Source: Euglena gracilis
Lineage: Eukaryota
Assembly (NCBI GenBank): GCA_039621445.1
Contig: CP154954.1
Location: 30,570,395-30,634,394 of the forward strand
Length of the DNA: 64,000 nucleotides
Reading direction: 5' to 3'
The stretch's first letter is position 1. The number at the start of each line of letters is the position of its first letter. Shown here piece after piece: positions 55,589 to 64,000 of the stretch. The notes under the pieces are model-generated. The model searched no databases. It saw nothing but the letters and a program-made list of their open reading frames with translations, and was not told the origin of the DNA. Made by a program: the position numbers and the translations under genes.

Positions 55589-56216
55589 CGTTTCCCTACA
55601 AGGTGGTGTTGTATGGATTCCTTCTCAAAGTATTGGGATATGTGGATGATGAGGAACACCTTGTGGTTTGGAGTCAATGGTCGTCACAAAATGAGACCGG
55701 GACAGAGTTTTTGGCCAAAACTCTCCCGGCCCGAGGAGGGGCGGGGGCGCTTTAATTTTTGACCAAAGATCCCCCGACCTGAGGAGGAGGCACTTAAATT
55801 TTTTACAAAAATCCCCCGACCGAGGAGGAGGGGGGGGGTTGCGCTTGAAGTTTTACAAAAATCTGCCCGGCCCGAGGAGGGGGGGGGCTCCAACTGAATT
55901 TTTCCAGAAAAAACTCGGCCTGTTGGAAAACGGGGCGAGGGCAGATTTTGGTGAAGACCCTCATGCACCCCATGAGAAGCTGAGGGGGGGGGCAACCAAA
56001 TATTTGTTGGTTGCTGAACCGAACCTTTCCCAACGGGTTGAAGGCACTTGAAAGCCACAGTCACTGAACATTGTTTCCCGTTTGTTATTTCAAGGGAGAA
56101 TAGGTGTGGGATATAGGCTTTGGGTGAAACAGTGCAAAATACAGGATTTCCCCACTCTTTGTTGAGAACGGGGGGGGAGAATTTGTGGTGTCCGAACAAG
56201 GTCGCAAGGGAGAGGG

Positions 56217-57047
56217 TGACGGCCGCCGGCATTCGGCGGCAGCAAAAAAAATTGCCCGAAAGCTCAAATTTCACTGTCGCGGATAACACTGTCGCGATAG
56301 AAATCGGATATGGGTCAAATTAAAAATAAGCTTCCCCAAATTGTGTTTTTTTTTAAAGAACTTGAGGGGGTGTCCGCATTGTTTGGCAAAGATGGCAGAC
56401 ATTGGAATTGCATTTGGATAATTTCATCGTTGGTGGTTTTGAAGGATGGATTTGGACAATAGCATTATTGGGTATTTGAAGGATATGTGGGTTGGAGTGA
56501 AGTAGCCTACAATATCGCCACCCTTTCCGCCGCCCATATACCCCCTACCTCTCGCCTGCTTGCCCCAGGTTGTTTTTCTCGTCACATTCAGTCACTCCCA
56601 CAGGTTTCCCACAGATTTGGTGTCATTTTGAGCTATGGGTTGTGGTTGTTGCCTTCGGAATTCAATGGGTTGGTCTGTGGGTAGGTTTTGTCCCCAGGGT
56701 GTGCAAGAGAGTGTGAGAGAGTGTGAGATATGGAAAGAGAGAAAGGTGATATTTCAGAGAGAAAAGTGAGATTGCATTGCAAATGGCAGATTTTTCCTTT
56801 TCACCACATTTTGAGAAACCCTTGAAAAAACGATCCTACGCGCCGGCTGTGGTTGGGGAAAATACCTGAGTGAAACAAACGGGGGTTGGCTTGAGCCCAC
56901 CAACCCCCGGAGAAAGCGCAGGCTCCACCCCGGAAACACTACCCCCCGGCTGTTGGTGGTTTTCCACGACGGCGAGGACCCTGCGCCGTCGGCCGACCAT
57001 GACTCGGCGGTCGCGGAGGCGACCGGCGGCTCCCAGGTGGTGGGACC
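56217..57047 (-). repeat. LTR, inverted copy of 45378-46217
   Basis: Long shared blocks such as ggtgggctcaagccaacccccgtttgtttcactcaggtattttccccaaccacagccggcgcgtagga. Confidence 0.8.
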
Positions 57048-57049
57048 GT

Positions 57050-59920
57050 TGAACAAATCACGCGACTGGTACTTGTTTGGTGGGGCCGCTTGGACTTTGA
57101 ATACTATTTCTTACTTCAGGATTTGGACATTCGCGAGACATATGTCCCGATTTGTTGCTATAAAAACCATGCTTTGTCCGTGGATTGGTCCAAATAACGT
57201 AGATATATCGCTTTTGACACCGTGTTGGTGATCGTCGTGACGTTGGTTATTTTTCAAGGCATTGACCAGACCAACAGGTATCCCGTGGTGAGTTTCGTTT
57301 GAATAGCAGATTGTATTAGTCCTCCAACTTGTGTGAGCTTCAGATGTTTTGACGCATAATTCCAACGATTGTCCAGAGTCATTTCATGCCCCGCGAAATC
57401 CTCGCGATGGAGATCCTTGGACGGATGTTTTGAAATGGATCAAAAACTGCGTGAAATTCTTCACGCCTTAGTTGCTCGCTACGATCATCACCTTTAGCAG
57501 AATTTCCAAACCATTTTGCCTGCCAAAGGTCAAGGGACTTCCATTTGCATCCTTGCGGGTGGAATATTGCCGCCACTTCTTTTCCAGGGTTATCCTGGCT
57601 ACTAATCTCGAACTTGTTGAAGCGTATTGTTCAACAAAGTCATCGAACGCCACCCTATATCGTATCACCCACTGCTGTGCGCGTCCTTTCTACTGCCTTG
57701 ACAGGTATTTGATGAATCACATCTCGCAAGGGTTGTTGCGCGGTAACAACCGTTGTGTGCAATCCGTGATTTTCGCGTTCAACGTATTCACTCAGTTACC
57801 TTTCTTTCTGTACGTGAGGTGGTGAGGTGTGTGTTGGCTTGTTACCTAAATCTGCTACGAAATGTACGTTCAGAGCTTCCCTTTTGCCCCGAAGAAGCCC
57901 TTACGCTTTCGCCGGGTAGGCAGTTGCTTAGGTAAGGAAAAATCTTTAGAGTAACAAAACCATTTGCCCCAATTTGCCTGATTGTTCACAAAACACAAAG
58001 CAAGCTGACTTTGAATGATTTTTCTTAGCCGTTCGGTTCAGGGAGCTTTTCTCCATTTTGAGCGACGGGATTGAGAACTTCAGAAAGACAAAGGAACAGT
58101 ACTGCCTGTGAGGAAAAGAGACCACGCAAGCACGTGTGATACGTGTCCCGCCATCACATAGGATCTGCCACGGTTGTCTGGCTTCCTCAAACACAGCCGT
58201 CAGGTTGTTACAGATGCAGCCTCTGCAGGGTTGTCACATAGTTTGGATCGTGCCTGCCGCACACCTCTCCTGCCGAATTGGCTCCGGAGAATCATGAATC
58301 ACGGCATGACACGGAAAGACAGGCTTGGGGACGTATTACGACCCCATACAGTACGCGCGGAATGTGTGCCGCATATGCCTGTACAGTTCCAACCGGGGAA
58401 TTCTCCACAGGTCTCTTATTATCACGCAGGGATATTTTTTTTATCTGGCTAGCCACTCTGCCCATGATGTTTATGGGAGAAGCTGCAATGGTTCCTCGAG
58501 GAAGGAGCGAGTGCAACCAACACTGCAGTTCCTTACTCGATGGGTTCGGGACTGGGTACCACCATGTTTCTAATACGAAACGCCAGAAACCTGGGAGGTG
58601 GATCGACTCGCACCTGAACCCCCACTCAAATGATCCTGGTGGGATACCCCTTGGACCCCCGCTATGATTACTGGCGGTTGAAAAGAGTTTAATGCCGAAA
58701 CGGAATCATATGCTCTCAGTTGAGGTAATTGCCTTCATTTCAGTTTTCCTCTCTCCCACAGAATCGCTACACCGGTAGCGTAACCCGATAAACAGGCCTG
58801 CCTGGATACACCCAGGTCTGACCCCCCCCTCCCCGTTCTCGGCCCCTTTTAGTGACTACACCGATGCCTCACCTCACACCCAATCAATGTGCGGACGGAA
58901 ACAGTCTGCACGAGGTTAGCACCTATTATCTCGCCGTGTACTTTTTGTTGATGTGAAGACCCTGGCAGCCAGTAAATGCTGGCAAGCCGCCAAGTGGCAC
59001 ACAGCGCACAGCACACAGCACTCATGACGTAATAATAGGCCAAAGTTGTCACATTTCGGCCTTAAAGCTCCATAAGGCTGCCAGACAGTAAAAATTGTTT
59101 TTGGCCTAAGCCAGTCTCTTATTACTCACCACTTTCTCCACACCCCTGCAAAGATGTCGCCGGCAATCGGTTCTGCAAGTACGCTTTTTTGTCCTAGTTC
59201 CGTTAAAACCGCCCAGGCGCCATATCCGGGTATGACCATATGAGCTAACGCCCCCCCCCCCTCCTTCGACAGCTCTCCCTATGGGTTTCCAGCAAATACG
59301 CTAGACCAACACCGTGTGCCTTTTGCACACCCGGATGGATGGCATGCTTTGAAAAGAAACCTGCCAGCCCTTTTTCACGCAGTGATCTTCTCTACACTCC
59401 TAAGCTGATACAGTTAATAAGCAACCGCAAAAACGGGCTTTCCTTTTTGCACGTTTTTGGTTTTGTGTTGCACCTTTGTGGAGAAAAGAGATCCCGTGTT
59501 CCAGAAAGCATAATCTAACCGGGACTGTGACTGAAATCCTGACAGGACCTGGGACGACCTAGTCCAGGATGAAAAAGGGCATATCCCTGGGAAGGAGATG
59601 TGTACCAGGCACGATCCAAGCTCTGAGGAAAATCTGTAGAGTCTGGATCTGTCACAATCTGGCGGCTGTGTATGAGCACAGCTTGACCATCGTGGCAGAT
59701 CCTATGGGATGTCGCTACACATATCACACGTGCTCGAGTGATACCTTTTCCTTGCACGCAGTATTCTTTTACACCACACACGTTCTCGATTTCGTCACTG
59801 AAGAGAAAACATCTCCCTGAAGCGGACGGTCAAGGAAAATACATTATCAAACACTATCTTGTTCTTTGCCCTGCAAAGAGGAAATTGGGACAAATGGCCT
59901 TTGTTACCCAGATGACTTTT
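57050..59920. mobile_element. Very old Gypsy pol fragments in both orientations
   Basis: 57960-58255 (-) and 59605-59900 (+) are diverged inverted homologues with integrase N-terminal character. Confidence 0.5.
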
Positions 59921-61513
59921 ACACACCAAAATAGGTGCGCACCAGGCGAAAGGCAAATAGGCAAAAGGCAAAAGGCAAAAGGCAAAAGCAAAAAGGAATA
60001 TCCGTGGAAAATGGGAAGCTTTGGACGAACACTGTTAACCCTTTGTGGAAGAAATAATTTTCACAAGTGCCTCCTGTACCCCCAGCCCGCTTCCCGCTCT
60101 CACCACAGCAAGACCATGTTCCTCTCCATTGTACTCATACGTTGCAGCAGTACACGGCCCCATCCTGCTCCAGACGTACGGCCTGAAGTCAGCCTGCAAT
60201 CGTTGTTATTTTTTTGGCACTCACCATCCAATTCACGGTTTCTTCTGCTGCCTGACGCAATTTTGAAACCTCCACCACCTCGGTCCACTTGTAACCCAGT
60301 CGCCCCTTTATTCTCCCTCTTATGGCCTTCCAGACGACCCCAAGGATCTCGTGTTGTTCAACCCACCGAGCTGCCAAAAAAACTCACTTCATCTCGTGTT
60401 ACTCATCTGCCAAATTCCCGTACATCTCCCACCAACCCTCAGATTTAGCCTTGAACTTCCACATACCTAAATTTTCCGCGTTTTTTTCTCACCACATTCA
60501 CAACGCAAACCCACGGTGTTTCTCGCAGCCAATTTCTGGATACCTACCACCCCTGGTGTCCGACCAACCAGACATCTGGATTACAACCACCCCGTGGTGT
60601 TTTACCCACTTAACCACTCTCTGGGGTTCAACCCACCAAACTTATGGAACCACCCATGGTGTCTTACCCACCGGATATCGGTAAAACCCTAACCACCCTT
60701 GGGTGGCCAACCTGCCAAACATCCAACCTGGAGTGCCCAAACTGTCGAACTTCCAACCAACCCAACGTGTCCTCTCCGCCGAGCATGTGGGCAGCTTACC
60801 CCCCCACACACACGTTTTTCTGCTTTAACCTGTAGCTTTACGGATTACCACAACCCACATAACTTCCAAATAATCAAACCACAAAATTTTTTTCTTACAA
60901 TTATCGAATAAACCTGGCAAACCGTAGGTGCTTTACCCTCCGAAAAATAGATAACCCCCTTCCGGATGGTGTCCTACCCACCGAGCTCCTGGACCACTCC
61001 AAACACCCCATAATACTCCACCAACCGTATTCTGGGCGTCCTCCAACCACTCCATGGTTTTTCTCCACCCACGAGGTTTTATATAACCCCAGCCACCCTG
61101 CGGAGTCCAAGTCGTTCAGATACCGGAAAACCACAAGCGACCCATGGTACTCTACATGCTGAACTTTTTAGAAAATTCAACCACCCGTGGTCTTCGACAC
61201 ATATCGATTACCAAATTTTAATGCACCAAAGTCCCGCAACACCAGAAGCCCCACCAGACCTTCTCCTACCCGAGTCAACCTTTCTACTGTGGTGCAATAC
61301 GCACCAACATACCGGACCTCTCCACCCCCAGTGCTATTCAACCTTAGCTACCGGACCACCCCAACTTTCGCATGGTGTACCACCCGCCAACTTTCTTGAT
61401 GCTACCATCCTCCAGGACGTCACAACCACGTAGTGACGTTTTACCCTGTATACTCTGGGTAACCAAAACCCATCAAATTTAGGGGTAACTCAGCCCCCAA
61501 TGATATTCCACCC

Positions 61514-63800
61514 GTGAAGGAGGCGGAAGACAACGTGGTGATGGCGGGGAAGAGCGGCGTACCGACGAGTAGACTCGCCGAGCTGGTGGAGGTGGCGCAC
61601 CTCAGGGCCGCGGTGCAGGAGCTGCTGCAAGAGAAGGAGCGGCAGCGGGCCGAGAACGTCCAGCTGCAGGGTAAGATCAACGCCGTCGAGGTGCAGATGG
61701 CCGCCTTCACCGCCAAGGTGGAGGCGACGGCGGTGGCGCAGGGCAAGGCGGTGGCGGTGACGCCGCGCCTGGTGGAGCAGCTGCAGTATCAGCAGGCCGA
61801 GAACGCCTGGCTGAAGGAGCAGGTCAAGTTCCTGGTGGCGCAGGTGTCCTCCCTCACCACCAAGGTGGAGGCAGCCGCGGCCAAGGAGCCGAGCTGCCGC
61901 CGCTGATCGTGGGGAGGATCCAGAAGGTGGAGACGGAGATCCAGAAGGTGGGAGCCCAAGCCCAAGGGCTAACCGTGGCCGTGCAACGGCTTGCAGCGGA
62001 CAGCCCCGGTGATAAGATCTGGGTGGTGGAGACCGAAGTGCAGAAGGTGAACGTCCACACGCAAGCCGTGGTGATGGCCGTGCAGCGGCTGGATCATATC
62101 GTCTCGAAGGTGATCGTATCCTCCCAAGCCAAGGCGGTGCAGGTCATGCCCGCCAAGGCTCCGCCACCCCCGGCCGAGCAGCAGCCGGTGCCGGTGGCAC
62201 TGCAGTCAGTGCCACAGGACAGAACGGTCCAGATGGAGAAGCCCATGCACGAGGGGTCCGCGGTGCGGGAGAAGCCGTTGTCCACCCTCCGACCAGCTCT
62301 CCGGCTCGTCCGGAAGCAGGACGCGGCGGGAGGGGGCGGGGTGCCGTCCCTCTCCATTGCCCGCCTGACCACGCCGTCCACCGTCCCCGTCGCCAGCGCG
62401 TCCGCGGTGCGAGAGGTCCGCATCGCCCCGGTGCAGGCCCAGCCAGCGGCCCTGCACTTCCTCCCGGCGCCGCTGGTGGACTCCGTCATCGGCCTCCACC
62501 CGGGCCGGTTCTCCGGGCATCCGGAGGAATGGCCGCAGTGGCGGAGGCGGTGGCTCGGGAACTCGAGCAGGCGTGGCCATCCATCACGTCAGCCCAGCGT
62601 CTCGCCATGTTCCGCGCGGCTTTGGACGAGGCCACGGTGCTGATGCTGGACGAGGAGATCGAGACCAAGGGAGAGGTGGAGTATGCCGTGGTGTTCGCGG
62701 AGGTGGACCTGGCGAACGGCGTTGAGGACAAGGAGGTCCTGCGGCGGCGAATGACGAAGCTGAAGCTGGTGACGAGCGGGAAGCTGACCGAGAAGTCCTG
62801 GAGGGAGTATTACGCGCAGATGGCGTCCTTCGCGAGGCAGGTGGGCATGGAGGAGCAGGAGCTGGGGAAGCTCCTCGTGGAGGCCATGCCCCTCCACCCC
62901 TGGCGCCGGAAGGTGGCGCAAGAGTAGGACAAGCGGGTGGACCACCGGTCCATCGTGCTGGAGGGCCTGCCGATGGACACGACGGTGGAGGAGGTAAAGG
63001 AGATGATCAAGCAAGAGACCACAGTGGCCCCCGCCTCAGTGCGGAAGGCGGGGCGCCGCTTCGTGGTGATGCCAGTGGGCGACGGCACCGCACCCTGGTG
63101 AAGGCCGTGTACAACCGCCAGCGGCTCGAGGGCGGCAGCACCGTCACGGTGACGGCCGACTCGTGCGACCTACCGGCGAAGGACATCCACAACCTCATGG
63201 TGAGATGGCTGCGGATGGAGGCGAAGATGGCCCCCGAGAAGGAGAAGGAGATCCCGGAGAAGTGGCCTGTACCACGGTGGCAGCGGGACGTGGAGGTCGA
63301 CGACACCACCGTGGAGCCGTACATCCAATAGGTGGAGAAGACGAATGTGCCGCCGAAGAAGGAGAAGCAAGCGCAGCAACCACGCCCGCTGACGCCGCCG
63401 GTGCCCGCGCCCCAAGGCAAAGGACAAGGCCAAGAGGGACGTGGGTACCCGGAGCAGTGGTCATCGAGCCCATGGACGAGTGAAGAAGGAAAAGGAAAGG
63501 GTGGATACCAAGCCGAGCAGTGGTCATCGAGTGCATGGCAAGGAAATGAAGGAAAAGGAAAAGGTGGTGGGTACCAAGGCGAGCAGTGGACATCGAATGC
63601 CCCAAGACAAGATGAAGGCGAAGGAAAAGGCAAGGCGAAAGGTGGAGCCAAAGGATATCAAGGAAAATGAAAGTCCAAGGGCAAAGGCAAGGACGGCAAG
63701 AGCAACGTCTCGGCCGTCCAGGAGCAGTATCATGAGTGACGGGGCCACCCAGGCCCCAGGGATGGGGGTCTGGTGTTTCACACCCGTGCTGCCATGTCCC
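61514..63800 (+). pseudogene. Relatively young, GC/CpG-rich retrotransposon gag-like ORF (coiled coil, capsid-like region, RRM-like region, GKG repeats); few stops/frameshifts; probably continues past the window
   Basis: Coiled-coil 61514-62100; PGRFSGHPEEWPQWRRRW; AMFRAALDEAT; SIVLEGLPMDTTVEEVKEMI; ~63-bp repeats EQWSSS at 63410-63660. Confidence 0.7.
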
Positions 63801-64000
63801 ACGGCAGTACTGGGGTGAAGCGGATACCCCCGCCCCGGGCCAGTTTCCGGCGTAGGATCGTTTTTTGGCTCCTCGAGCCGACTTGTGTCGGAAATTTTTT
63901 CCCATTCTGCACTCCCCTGTGGCCGAAACTGGGCCATCATTTACAAGGAGAAACTTCCCAGTGGACCCTCCCCGACCCCTGAGGGGGGTGCCACTGGGAT

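Noticed and set aside
60400-61500. C/A-rich strand-skewed tract as a gene or ncRNA
   Set aside because: No sustained ORF, periodicity or recognisable RNA motif.

Overview
This is repeat-rich eukaryotic nuclear DNA, most likely from a euglenid (Euglena-like). That inference comes from the intron structure. The first ~19 kb carries a multi-exon DNA polymerase lambda gene (BRCT + X-family) on the + strand. It mixes GT-AG introns with euglenid-type nonconventional introns (N3-CAG...CTG-N5|R, with base-paired ends) and includes a 10-nt microexon. Its introns are packed with TIR MITEs and microsatellites. The last exon was not found, so the remaining ~45 kb may be a single huge nonconventional intron. 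That 45 kb is a graveyard of decayed retroelements: several DIRS tyrosine-recombinase elements (one with full ITR/ICR architecture and a Dam-like MTase) and several chromodomain Ty3/Gypsy elements. The most striking is a Gypsy element (~46960-55588) with a C5-cytosine DNA methyltransferase AND an N6-adenine (Dam-like) methyltransferase in tandem between gag and protease. A second, divergent Gypsy relic (~36000-39340) carries the C5-MTase alone. Old TE copies show a CpG->TpG/CpA decay signature. All TE ORFs are pseudogenised. Domain calls come from manual motif reading, not database searches.
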